Assembly: GCF_009914755.1 (NCBI RefSeq)
Contig: NC_060941.1
Origin: the human T2T-CHM13v2.0 reference genome, Homo sapiens
Length of the DNA: 64,000 bases
Reading direction: 5' to 3' (one strand)
Below, piece by piece: positions 36,701 to 48,200 of this stretch. The notes beneath the pieces are model-generated. The model was not told where the DNA came from and made no database searches. It worked only from the letters and a program-made list of their open reading frames with translations. The position numbers were made by a program, and so were the translations under genes. How positions within the stretch are numbered: the first letter of the stretch is position 1; each line of letters opens with the position of its first letter.

Positions 36701-38499
36701 GGCTGCTGTTTGCAGGCCAGGGAATCCGGGAAACGGGCACCGTTCAGTGGCTTGGGGAATGTGGGTGGGGGCTGTCTGGTTCTGGGGTACACAGACCCGA
36801 GACAGTCCAGGCAGGTCCCAGGATTCCAGTCTGTTCTTCAGCTTCTCCCAGGGCTGTGTGTCAGATGCTCCTGGCTTGGCCACATCTGTGCTTGGGGTTT
36901 GGGGTGCAGGCTCTGTGTAAGGTCCCCCAATGCAGGCCCCAGTGAGCAGGTGCCCAGGGCCGGGCAGCAGCATTGTGGACACAGGCAGTGGGAGGGGAGG
37001 GGATGCTGCCTTGATGCTGATCATGAGCACGTGGTGCCGTCCCTGGCTCTCCAGGACGCCGGAGTCCTGCAGCGTCTCAGGGGCCTCAACGCCTCCCCCC
37101 TTTAAAATCCTGCCCCTGGCTGAGCCCGTAGGTGAATGACCAGCTCGGCGGGCACAGAGCCCCTGCCGATGAGCCCCCTCCAGGAGCCTCAGAGTTTGGA
37201 GAAGTCCTTGATGGGTGGGAGGGATGGGTGGAAAAGTGTGGAAGATAATTCTCATTATTTCCTGGAAGTAGAGGAGAGGGGCTGATTTTTCCAAGGCGTC
37301 CCATCTCTCGTCCATCTTTGGCTTCCTGCTTGGTGCCTTCTCTCCGGCCACTGTAATTTTCATTTTAACCATCTCTGGGCTTGTGGAGAGGAAGGGTGTG
37401 GCCCCCGCCAGCTTCCTCACCAGGAAGAGGGAGGGAGAAAGGGAGGCAGGGGGAAGGGCAGGGGCTATATGGGGCCAACACCCCCGGGGCACCCCAGCAA
37501 TGGACTGCAGCCTGGAGTGCGGCCGCAGCGCGACGGTGATGATGGTGGCCTTGAGGGGAGCCTTGGGAGCTCAGCCTTGGGTCCTCGAGCCCACTGGAGC
37601 CCACCCTCCACCCCTACCCACTGCTCCCTGTTCTTGGCTCCTCTGAAAGCACCTTATCCCCGTCACCGGCTCCTCTAAAAGCAGCGTGTCCCCCCGCTAC
37701 CCCGTCACCACCTGTGTGGGAGACCCAGTAATCGTGGCCACAGAGGTTTCCCGTCGGAACTGTGTGAGTCCCTCTGGCTGTCCTTACCTGGGCAGTCCTG
37801 CCGGACCGGTCGGTGTCTGTCATTCTCAGCCTCTCCTCGGAACCAGCCGGTCCTGCCTCTCTACTTAACACCTGCCGTGCAATCTAAGTCCCCGCAGCAG
37901 CGTCCCCAACCCCACCCTGCCGGTCCCTCCCACCCTGTTCATGCTAGCTCCTGAGAGACCTGCCTGAGATGTCCACACCCCAGCCCTCCCCCTCCGAGGA
38001 GGATGGACCAGGATTCCAACCCTTTGCCGACCCTCCCCACCGCCCTGGAGACGAGGTGCAATGTGTCCGTGAGCAGCGCGTTCTGCAGCCTTTATGAGCC
38101 TGGCTCCTGTTAATAATTGTCTCCCGATTGTCTCCCGGCGTCCACCGGCGTCCACCCTGCATTCTCCGTGAAGGTGACTTCTGCTTTGTAAAGCTCAGAA
38201 TCAGAACAGGGAGGTCTCCAGGGTGCTCCTTACGAGCTCAGCTGTCGTTGGGTCGTCTCCAGAGGCTTCTAGCAGGCGAGGCTGCAGGCACTGACCGTCC
38301 CCGGCCCCACACCCCTGCCGTCAGCCGGGTGAGCCAGGGCGGGGTACCCAGGGCACGTGAGGGCAGCGTCTCCATCCTCCCCCTCGGCCGTCCGCTGAGG
38401 TCGTGGGGCCGTGACTCACAGAGGGCGAAGTGCTAGGGCTTGCATACCCTCACGCGCCCAGGCCCCGGGGTGGGACGCATGTGGCTGGGCCTGTGGGCT

Positions 38500-38987
38500 C
38501 CCCTGCCCCAGGGTGGGAGCCACACACCCCCGCCCCGCCCCAGGGTGGGAACCACACACCCCCGCCCTGCCCCAGGGTGGGAGCCACACACACCCCCGCC
38601 CTGCCCCAGGGTGGGAGCCACACACACACCCCCCACCCCCCGCCCCAGGGTGGGAACCACACACCCCCGCCCTGCCCCAGGGTGGGAGCCACACACACAC
38701 CCCCCACCCCCCGCCCCAGGGTGGGAGCCACACACACACACCCCCCCACACACACACCCCGCCCCACACACACACCCCCCGCCCCACACACACACACCCC
38801 GCCCCACACACACACCCCCCGCCCCACACACACACACCCCGCCCCACACACACACCCCCCGCCCCACACACACACACACCCCCGCCCCACACACACACAC
38901 CCCCCGCCCCACACACACACCCCCCGCCCCACACACACACACACCCCCGCCCCACACACACACACCCCCCGCCCCACACACACCCCC
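38500..38987. repeat. Compound mini/microsatellite in METRNL intron 2
   Basis: Left: ~34-46-bp units gccccagggtggga(g/a)ccacacaca...cccc. Right: ~20-24-bp units gccccacacacaca(ca)cccccc. Confidence 0.93.
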
Positions 38988-39614
38988 GACTGTGCTGCTG
39001 ACTGTGAGGATGGACTTCCGGCACCTCCTGCCTCCTGCCTTTGCAGGACCGCCTGGCCCAGCCCCAGCTGCCATGGCTGCCCAGCCGGAGGGTGCTGCTC
39101 AGTGAGGGGACCCTCGGGTGGACTGGGGTCACCACGCTTCTGTCGTTGACCAGCTCTCTCTCAGCCGAGGCCACCTCCACTCACATGAGGCGCCCTGGGC
39201 TGGGACCTCTGGCCCTGTGGTACGGGGCAGGTGCTGGCGTGCAGTCTCACCTGTGGAGGATAAAAGTGCTGCCTGAAATTTGAGATCCCCCAGTGCTCCC
39301 TCCTTGTTGCTTCCGGACGTGAGTGGTGGTCTGTGCTGCTGGCCTCTGTCCAGCACGTGCCTGCATCAGGCCCAGCATGGTCTGCAGACCCCCAGCCGGC
39401 GAGTGGGATGGGGGTCCACATAGGTGAACTAAGTGTCAAGGGTGGGCCACACCCCGGGGCCCCCATAGGAGAGCGCACCGGGCGGCTTCCAGCTTGGGGG
39501 TCAGGAGGCCCCCGTGGTGGGGGCTGCAGTGTGAGTCTGTACACATCAGCAGGAAGGGGATTTGGCCAGAAGCTCCCATTCTGGAGGGTTGCTGGGATGG
39601 CAGAGGTGCCCCCC

Positions 39615-39718
39615 CAGTGCCAGGCTGGACCGGCCTCAAGGTGCTCAGCAGTGCCAGGCTGGACCGGCCTCGAGGCGCCCCCAGTGCCAGGCTGGACCGG
39701 GCCTCGAGGCGCTCAGCA
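39615..39718. repeat. ~33-bp tandem repeat x3
   Basis: cagtgccaggctggaccggcctc.agg.gc repeated. Confidence 0.85.
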
Positions 39719-40947
39719 GGCTGTGCAGTTTCTTTTTCCTGATACCTTAATGGAAGCAAATGCAGGAGGAGGTGGGTGGGCCGGTGAGTCAGGCACTGAG
39801 CCCGGCTGGGAGGCGCCCTCACCCCTGCCTGGCGGAAAGTGCTGGCCTTGTCTCTGGGTCCCTCCTACCTCCACCCTGCGGGGTCCACAAAGACCTGCGC
39901 TTGCCCAGTGCACCGTAGACTCCAGGGTCTCCGTTGACCACATGTGCAGGCCCTGAGGGTCCATGTAAGTTCCTGACCCCAGAAGGCCTCTGAGCAGCTG
40001 TCCCCGCCTTGGCCAAGGTGCCAGATATGTGTGCTGCCCTGTCCCCTGGGACCCCCAGTCACCAGCAGCTGGCTCGGGCCTGTACTCATCAGGCAGGTGA
40101 CAGCTCAGCTCACTTCAGCCCAGCAAGGGCAGCCGGCCAGGGGTGCAGACGGCGTTAGCTTCTTCCAGGGCCGGCGAACCCCAAGTCAAGGTCGTCCCAG
40201 CTCTTGGCCAGGGACGTTTCAGAGCCTTCAGAACGTGAAATGGCACCGGCGAAACCAGTGCCATTGAGATTTCACGTCTCAAAGTTTCTATTGCGTTAGG
40301 AGACTTGGGGCCAAAACCTAGAGGCTCAGAACAGGTGAGGCCTTGAAACCTGCAATAAGAGCAAATAATAAAACCATGTTTTCCAAGTCCGTCCCGAGTG
40401 TAGGAATGCGGGGCGTGCAGAGGTTTCTGTTTCACAGTGGCCCGCCCATCTAAGAAACTGGGGCGAAGGGCAGGGCGAGGGCTGGGCCGAGGGGAGAAGG
40501 TTGTTGGGAAAGCCTGGTTTGGCCGGTACGGGAGCTCATTCTGAGAAGCCTCCGTGCTTTCCGCATTCTCTGGGGGAGGCCAGGCCCCGCAGGGTTCAGG
40601 GGCTTCAGAGGGGGTTCTGTGAGCAGGGCTTGGCTTGAAAGCCATTTGGGGCATGCACCTCATCCCGCGGCCAGGTGGCATCCGGGGAAGGGGCCGGGCC
40701 GATGGCCCTGACTGGAACTCACTGCCCTGCTGGGTGAGGCCCCACGCCGGTGGCAGGTGGACGCGTCGCTGCCTGCTTAGGGATCCCCTTCCTGGAATCT
40801 TGGCCTCGCTGGCCCTTCCAGCCACATGGGGGGTCCCGCGGGATGGGATCCTCCTTTTGGGTGCCGCTGCCGTCGCGACCCAGGGAAGTGGGCAGCAGAG
40901 CTGTGGGGAGTGTCTGCCCTTCGAGGAAGCTGGGAAATGAGGGTGGT

Positions 40948-41159
40948 CCCGGCGCCGTGGGCCGTGGAGGTGGGTTGGGGGCGACTCTGGGAGGTGGGGG
41001 TGCTCCTGGCGCCGTGGGCTGTGGAGGTGGGTTGGGGGCGACTCTGGGAGGTGGGGGTGCTCCCGGCGCCGTGGGCTGTGGAGGTGGGTTGGGGGCGACT
41101 CTGGGAGGTGGGGGTGCTCCCGGCGCCGTGGGCTGTGGAGGTGGGTTGGGGGTGACTCT
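40948..41159. repeat. 57-bp minisatellite, ~3.7 copies (intron 2)
   Basis: Unit ggcgccgtgggctgtggaggtgggttgggggcgactctgggaggtgggggtgctccc. 19-aa period in ORF 40750..41250. Confidence 0.93.
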
Positions 41160-41625
41160 TGTCTGGTGGGTTCGGTTCAGCCCCAGTGGGCTTTGCATTT
41201 GCAACAGGCACGTGAGCGATTTCTCAGTGAGTCCGGCTCAGCCGCACTGAGGAGATAAGTGGGGAAAGAGCACAAAGACCCCTCCCCACGAAGGCCCTGG
41301 GACATGGCCGGACTGAGGGTCTTGCTCTCGGACATGTGCCCATCATGGCCGAGGTGCAGGTGCCTTTGGTCCAGGTGGGGCCGAGGGGTCCCCTGGGTGA
41401 GACCCCGTCGTGGTCGAGGTTGTGTTTTCTGTCTCCCGTGCTGCCGGCCCCTCCAGCACGTGCCGCCAACTCACATTTGAAGTGGCGTTGGTCACAAAGG
41501 TGCCTTGACGTGGACACCCTCCCTGACTTGGCTTTGCTGAGTGTGAGGATCCTTTGACGGTGGTGGGCGGCGTTCCAGAGCCTGTCCCGTCCAGGCTGCT
41601 TCCTGACTCTGCCTTTCTTCTCCAG

Positions 41626-41685
41626 CGCCGTGCCGTCCCTGCAGTGACACCGAGGTGCTCCTAGCCGTCTGCACCAGCGACTTCG
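41626..41685 (+). CDS. METRNL: METRNL coding exon 3
   Basis: Acceptor ctttcttctcCAG|. Reads (A)PCRPCSDTEVLLAVCTSDF. Donor G|GTGAGT at 41686. 60 nt, phase 1-1. Confidence 0.97.
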
Positions 41686-42714
41686 GTGAGTGTCTCCTCG
41701 GCAGCTTCTACCTCCTGTGCTCCTGGTTTCTGCCACATGGAGCTGTTTGGGCCCAGGAGTCCCTCTTCAGGGCCCAGGACAGCCTTCCGGTGCTGCGTGG
41801 ACCCTCCTGGAGGGGCACACGCTGTGGAAGCCCTGGGCTCGGCCCTCCACCAGCCCTGGGGACAGGGACGCCACCGCCCACACTTGGAGGGAGCTGGGGG
41901 TTGTTTTGGTGACTGTCAAACATTTTCCCATTTTGTAAATGAGATCACTGCTCTTCGAGGGGACTCTTGAAGTCCACTGTCTCCCAGCAGCTCTTCTTGC
42001 TGAAGTGCTTTGTAAACAGCATTTTATCAGCAGCCCAGAGCATCCTTGGCGTTGGACACTCCTTGCCCCCCACCAGAGTTCACGCTGTTCCAGGCCTGAG
42101 GCCCCCGGCGGCTCTGCGGCTCTGCAGGAGGAGCTTTGGGGTCCCAGGGCTCCAGCCCCTTTGCTTGTGGCGTTTGCACAGACGCCCTGTGGGAAAGGTT
42201 TGGCCTCCCGTCGTGTGGTGCCGTGGAAGCCATGTCCTGCAGGCCCCGGCTCTGCACCCCACCTCCAAGCTCAAGGACAGGCCCCTTCTCACTGCTTTCC
42301 CGGCCCCTGGCATGGAGTTGGGGCTGGGCAGGGGTCTCCAAGTGTGGCGCGAAGGCTGTCCCCATGCCCACCCTCTCCTGTGAGCTGCACCGGGTCTGTC
42401 TGATCAGGACACAGAACTGCAGGGGCACCCTGTGTATCAGCTGGACTTGTTTGTTCTGTTTTCCCATTTAACAGGTCTGGCCCTTGGTAGAAAGGGCACC
42501 TGTTCTCTGACGATGTCTAAGTATCTGGGACACCCCTTGGCAGCTTTCTGCTGTTACATTGTACTTTTCTCTGGGAATTTCCACGCTAGATGGCAGAGTC
42601 GGGGGTCAGCTGCCCGTTCCAGTGCCCATCGATGCGGGGGCAGGGGGAGGTGCGGTGGTCTTGCTGTGTGCTTGCCTTTGCTCACTCCCTGTCCCCATCT
42701 CCTTCCCCGCACAG

Positions 42715-43034
42715 CCGTTCGAGGCTCCATCCAGCAAGTTACCCACGAGCCTGAGCGGCAGGACTCAGCCATCCACCTGCGCGTGAGCAGACTCTATCGG
42801 CAGAAAAGCAGGGTCTTCGAGCCGGTGCCCGAGGGTGACGGCCACTGGCAGGGGCGCGTCAGGACGCTGCTGGAGTGTGGCGTGCGGCCGGGGCATGGCG
42901 ACTTCCTCTTCACTGGCCACATGCACTTCGGGGAGGCGCGGCTCGGCTGTGCCCCACGCTTCAAGGACTTCCAGAGGATGTACAGGGATGCCCAGGAGAG
43001 GGGGCTGAACCCTTGTGAGGTTGGCACGGACTGA
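42715..43034 (+). CDS. METRNL: METRNL coding exon 4 (C-terminal NTR-like region, to TGA)
   Basis: Acceptor ccttccccgcaCAG|. Reads (A)VRGSIQQVTHEPERQDSAIHLRVSRLYRQKS...GLNPCEVGTD* (3' part of ORF 42432..43034). Exon sum 170+386+60+320=936 nt = 311 aa with 10 Cys, as expected for the meteorin family. Confidence 0.98.
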
Positions 43035-43585
43035 CTCCGTGGGCCGCTGCCCTTCCTCTCCTGATGAGTCACAGGCTGCGGTGGGCGCTGCGGTCCTGGT
43101 GGGGCCGTGCGGTGAGGGCCGCGCGCTGGGAGCCGCATGCCCTGGGCCCAGGCCTGACCCTGGTACCGAAGCTGTGGACGTTCTCGCCACACTCAACCCC
43201 ATGAGCTTCCAGCCAAGGATGCCCTGGCCGATTGGAAATGCTGTAAAATGCAAACTAAGTTATTATATTTTTTTTTGGTAAAAAAGAAATGTCCATAGGA
43301 AACAAATTCCCGTGTCTTAAAACGCCTTGGTGTGCCGTCTGATACTGTTCTCTAAAGACGTTAGGAGTCACGGCATCTGGCCTGCGGTTGGGTGAAGCAC
43401 TGGCCGTTGGGCACAGTGGATGTGTGAAAAGGTGCCATTCAGAGTTGTTATTCTCATGACGGAAGTTTTGGAGCCAAATAATACGTTTTTTATTTTCATT
43501 TTATTTTTAAAGGATGAGCTTTGGTCCTTTTCAGGCCGCCGGTTGTTTCCGTTCCCGAGAATAAAGACGAGGATCCGACCAGCCA
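43035..43585 (+). other. METRNL: METRNL 3' UTR (approximate end)
   Basis: Follows the stop codon. AU/U-rich blocks at ~43250-43290 and ~43475-43512. First canonical AATAAA at 43560. Confidence 0.7.
43560..43565 (+). terminator. Polyadenylation signal AATAAA (METRNL)
   Basis: First AATAAA downstream of the stop, preceded by a U-rich upstream element. Confidence 0.7.
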
Positions 43586-43844
43586 GAAGCCGGAGTCTGT
43601 CTTTCGCCAGGTCCGGTGCCCACGGCCCGTGTTCAGGGCCTCGCTGGACGTACCCCAGGGCGCCACCCTGCCTCGGCAGACACGCTTGCTCCGCCCGGCG
43701 ACTGTCCCTCAGCGCCTGCTGCTGCATTTCCATTAATGCAGGTCCTGCCCTGTGGCCCCAGCCTGCCCACAGTGCAGGGGCCCACAGCTAGTCTCTAGAC
43801 GCCCAGGAGCTGGTCTGAACCCAGGTTGGTGACCCCATGTCCCC

Positions 43845-44560
43845 AAAGGATGCGGCTACCAGAACAAATCACCACCGACTGCGGGGCTGAAACAACCTCG
43901 TTCTCTGAGTTCCTGAGGCCACAATCCAAAGTCACGGTGTGGGCAGAGCCTCTCCCTCCAGGGCTCCAGGGGAGAACGCTTCATCTTCTCCTCAGCCTCC
44001 AGGGGTTCCAGGGAGGACCCTTCGTCTTCTCCTCAGCCGGGGGCGACCCTTCGTCTTCTCCTCAGCCGGGGGCGACCCTTCGTCTTCTCCTCAGCTGGGG
44101 GGGACCCTTCGTCTTCTCCTCAGCCAGGGGGGGACCCTTCATCTTCTCCTCAGCCTCCGGGGGTTCCAGGGAGGACCCTTTGTCTTCTCCTCAGCCTCCG
44201 GGGGTTCCTGGGAGGATCTTCATCTTCTCCTCAGCCAGGGGAGGAACCTTCATCTTCTCAGCCAGGGGGAGGACCCTTCATCTTCTCCTCTGCCAGGGGA
44301 GGACTCTTCATCTTCTCCTTGGCCTCTGGGGGCTCCAGGTGCTCCTTGATGGTGGCTGCATCACTCCAGTCTCTGCCTCCGTGGCCACACGGCTTCTCCC
44401 TGTGTCTGTGTCCAGATCTTTCTCTAGGACATTGGTCACTGGATTGGGGCCCACACCAGTGACCTCGTCTTAAACCGATTACGTCCGCAAAGACCCCATT
44501 TCCAAATAAGGTCACACTCAGCGGTTCCTGGTGGACATGAAATTTGGGGTACACCATGCC
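43845..44560 (-). mobile_element. MaLR solo LTR (MLT1B/C-like) with an internal minisatellite
   Basis: aacaaatcaccac...ggctgaaacaac...ggctccaggggagaa [array] gcatcactccagtctctgcctccgt...aaagaccccatttccaaataaggtcacact...ggtggacatgaaatttgggg. Confidence 0.82.
43960..44335. repeat. ~29-42-bp minisatellite, ~11 copies
   Basis: Core acccttc(g/a)tcttctcctcagcc followed by a G-rich spacer of two length classes. Confidence 0.9.
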
Positions 44561-44739
44561 CCAGCACAGGGGGTCCCTGGGAGTGTCAGTTAACCAGACC
44601 CCAGCCTGCATCCCCATTGATGAATCAGGCAGTTCCTCCCGTGCAGCCGCTAAGAGCAAAGGGGACCTGGGAGAGGGTGATGTGGTCAGTGGGCACCATG
44701 CCGGCCTTGCCAAATGCTCAGGCACTCTGGGTAAGCACT

Positions 44740-45290
44740 GTGTACCGGCTCAGATGTTCACTGGCTCAGGTGTGCACCGGCTCAGATGTTCACCGGCTCA
44801 GGTGTTCACTGGCTCAGGTGTGTACTGGCTCAGGTGTGCACTGGCTCAGGTGTGTACCGTGCACTGGCTCAGGTGTGCACCGGCTCAGGTGTGTACCGGC
44901 TCAGGTGTGCACCGGCTCAGCTGTGCACCGGCTCAGCTGTTCACTGGCTCAGGTGTGTACCGGCTCAGGTGTGCACTGGCTCAGGTGTGTACCGTGCACT
45001 GGCTCAGGCGTTCACTGGCTCAGGTGTGTACCGGCTCAGGTGTGCACCGGCTCAGCTGTGCACCGGCTCAGGTGTGCACCGGCTCAGGTGTTCACCGGCT
45101 CAGGTGTGCACCAGCTCAGGTGTGTACCGTGCACTGGCTCAGGTGTGCACCAGCTCAGGTGTTCACTGGCTTAGGTGTGCACCGGCTCAGATGTGTACCA
45201 GCTCAGGTGTGCACCGGCTCAGGTGTGTACCGGCTCAGATGTGTGCCGGCTCAGGTGTGCACTGGCTCAGGTGTGCACCAGCTCAGATCT
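44740..45290. repeat. 16-bp minisatellite (~33 copies) with a 135-bp higher-order period
   Basis: Unit ggctcaggtgtgcacc. The 23-bp variant (tgtgtaccgtgcact) occurs at 44851, 44986 and 45121. Confidence 0.95.
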
Positions 45291-48200
45291 GAGCCAGCAC
45301 AGGTCTGCAGGCTCCCACAGGTCACAACAAGAAGCAGGTGTTTCTGGGCGAGGACCTGAAGCAGCAGGCTGGGGCTGGGCCAGGTCCCACTGTGGCTGGT
45401 GGTCAGCACACCTTTGCCAGCAGGCGCCACAGCACAGGTGCCCAGCCCACAGCGGGGCGGCAGGGAATCTGCTCCTGGAACCTGGGTTTTCTGGGCTGGC
45501 TCCCGGGGGTGTTGACTGACAGGAGAAGGCTGCAGAACAAGAAGGTCGGGTTTCAGGCTGGCAGCCTCTCCTCAATTACAGGGATGCTGGGGTAGGCCAG
45601 AACCCGGTGTCAGGTGGAGTAGAAGTCACGCTTCACGGGAGGCTTCTGTTTTTTAAGAAGTGCCTGTGGGCTGGGGGGTTTTTGGTCCAGAGTCTAGGGG
45701 AAGGCAAAGCTTACCAAACAGAAAGTGTCCACTCCGGGGTGGGGGACTGGGGCCTCGTCTCTCCGCTGGGCCAGGACAGGGCTGTGAGGTCCAGCTGCCT
45801 GCTCAGCTCTGGGACCTGTCCTCCTGCAGGAGCCCACGGCCGTGAACATGCACACGGGCAGATCCACATGTCCCCCGAGGAAAAAGAGAGGGTCAAGGTT
45901 GAGTGTGTGGGTGCTAGGGGGTGCAGAACTCACTTCTAACTATGAGGGTTGAGGCGGGCTTCACAGGGGAGGTGGGTTTTGAGCCAGGCCTGCAGCCCGG
46001 CATCTGGAAGTGGCTTCCAGGCTCTCCCTGAGCTCTCTCCTGCAGGACACCCCTGCCTGCAGATCTGCACCCCCAGCTCCTTCCTGGGGACTTGATATCA
46101 TGACCCTGCCTGGCACCCCAGGGGTGAATGCTGCACCCAGCCCTGAGGGTTTCCATCTGCTGGGGGCATCTGACCTGGGCAGGCCAGGGTGGGTGGGAGG
46201 GAGTCCAGCGGGGGAGGTGCAGGGTGGCCAGGGGGAGACACTGCCCTGGCTGGAGCCTGGATTCACTAGGTCATCACCAATGCAGGGGGTCCTGGCTCAC
46301 TGGACTTTGCTACTAGAGAAGGTTGGGGAGCTCCACATGAAGGCAAGAAGGCTGGGGCTCAGGGTGTAACTCATCCCCGGAGAGCAACCAGAAAGGCCGT
46401 CGGATTGCAACGCAGCCTGCATTGTCCTCGCTGAACGCCTGGTCCTGTCCCACCTGCACCGGACAGCAACTGCTTCCCCTCCAGGGCGGCCCCCATCGTC
46501 CCCCAGGTGCTGCAAGAGCAGTGAGACTTACCCAAGACAAGTCAGAGGCTTTGGAGCTCTCGGGGGCGGTGGCTTCTCCCAGGAGCCCCGTATCTGTCAG
46601 TCCCCCCATAAGGGGAGGGGAGTTGGCAAGGCTCCTCCTTGCTCCCAGCGTGAGGATTGCCCCTACTTTTCCGGCCCCCACTTGCCCCCTCCACCTGCCC
46701 TTTTCCCTCCGGGAAGCCCTGGAGGTTTTCCAAGAACTCTGCGGGTCGAGGGGGCAGCCTATGTGGGGTGGCGGGGGGCCTCCTGCTTGTTGGATGCCCA
46801 GACGCCTACACCTTTCACCCTGGGGTCCAGTCGGCTGATGGCCATGAGAGAGAAGCTGAGAGCAACCAGAGCCCACAGCTCCATGCTGGTCCCCCATCTG
46901 CAAACGCTGGGCCCCATGGGAGCTGTGACTCGGTTTCCAGCTCGTCACAGGGCTGGCCGAGGCCCCGGCATGTCAAGCCATCTCAGGTTGGGCAGGAATG
47001 TGGTCCGTGTTCACATGTGTCTCTGTGTGTGTGAGAGAGAGGGGTCAGCTGGGACGCTGGGGTGGCAGGGACAGTCCTGGCTCACCCCTCATCCTCCCTC
47101 GACCTCGACTCCCTCCACATGAGGAGCCCCCCCTTCCTGGCTATCCTGTGAGTTGAGCTTCCTCTGCTGGGAGGGCTTTGTCAGAGGTTCCCTGCGGTTC
47201 CAGAAGGAAAGCTGGCTGCAGGGAGGGCCGGGCACTGGACACCGTGTGGCTGAGCCTGTGGCGGGGGCTGCACAGCTGGGTTCCCAGCCCCCCTCCTTGT
47301 CCCCACCCCACCGCACTGGGAGGCCCTGCTGAGGGGCCAGAGTCCGGCTGCAGGTCCCACGGGTGGGGGTGGGGCCCCTCATTAGCACTGCAGCTGACAC
47401 TGAGGGCTTCCACCTCGCTAATTGATTAAACTGTTTAGAAACCAGGCCGGCGTGGTGGGAATTGGCCCCGGCCGGGCTGTCCGCTCCCCTTCTGTGCAGG
47501 CAGCGGCCCCCGGAGTTCATCAGTCAGGCCGGTTGGTGGGGTCCCGGCCCTGGCTGCCCTCGGGAACCCTTCTTTGCTCCTTTGTGCGGTCAAAATGGTG
47601 AGGGTCCTGAGAGGAGCTGGTGAGACCCCGGGGTCCTCTCCTCCCTGACCACTCACTGGGCGAGCATGGAGGGAGGCCTACTGTGCACGGGCATGTTCCT
47701 GGGAACCTGCCTGCTGGGATTAAACCCGCCCTTGTGAAGGACGGCAGGTGGGTCACTCAATACCAGGAGGGGCACGGGGCTGTGAGCAGAGGCCCGAGAG
47801 CCTTCTGAGGCGGCACCGGGTGCTCCTGGGCCCTGCTCTCCTGGGATTTGTTGTGCCTGTGACCTCAGCCTCTTCCTTCCTCTCCTGTGGGATTCCCCCA
47901 ACACCCCCTCCCCTCCTGCCATTCCTTCCCCCACCAGGCCCCATGCCTCCCCTCCCCAGTGCCCCCTACCCCCAGGTCTTCCCTCTAGGACATCAGCCTG
48001 GGCTGTGGGTCTTGGTCTCCCACAGAGACTGAGTCCTGGGAGAAGGGCAGAGCCTTGGTTCCCAGTGCAGCCCCTGTGCCAGCCTGCAGTGGGCACCGGT
48101 TCAGCCGGTGCACACTGGGTCCTGCCCCCACCTGAGGAGCGGCCTGGGGCCTGATCAGCCCTGCTGGTGTCTGGCCTGCAGCCAGCACCGGCTCTGCTAT

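Noticed and set aside
43032-43064. Stop-codon readthrough (TGA-C) adding XLRGPLPFLS
   Set aside because: The context is TGA CTC, not the strong TGA CTAG motif. The extension is short and has no recognisable signal.
43960-44335. Conserved repeat with variable spacers, superficially CRISPR-like
   Set aside because: The spacers are short related G-rich variants, the DNA is primate and there are no cas genes. It is an LTR-derived minisatellite.
44544-45359. Cys-rich, metallothionein-like ORFs
   Set aside because: Product of the 16-bp VNTR. The same peptide cycles through all three frames.
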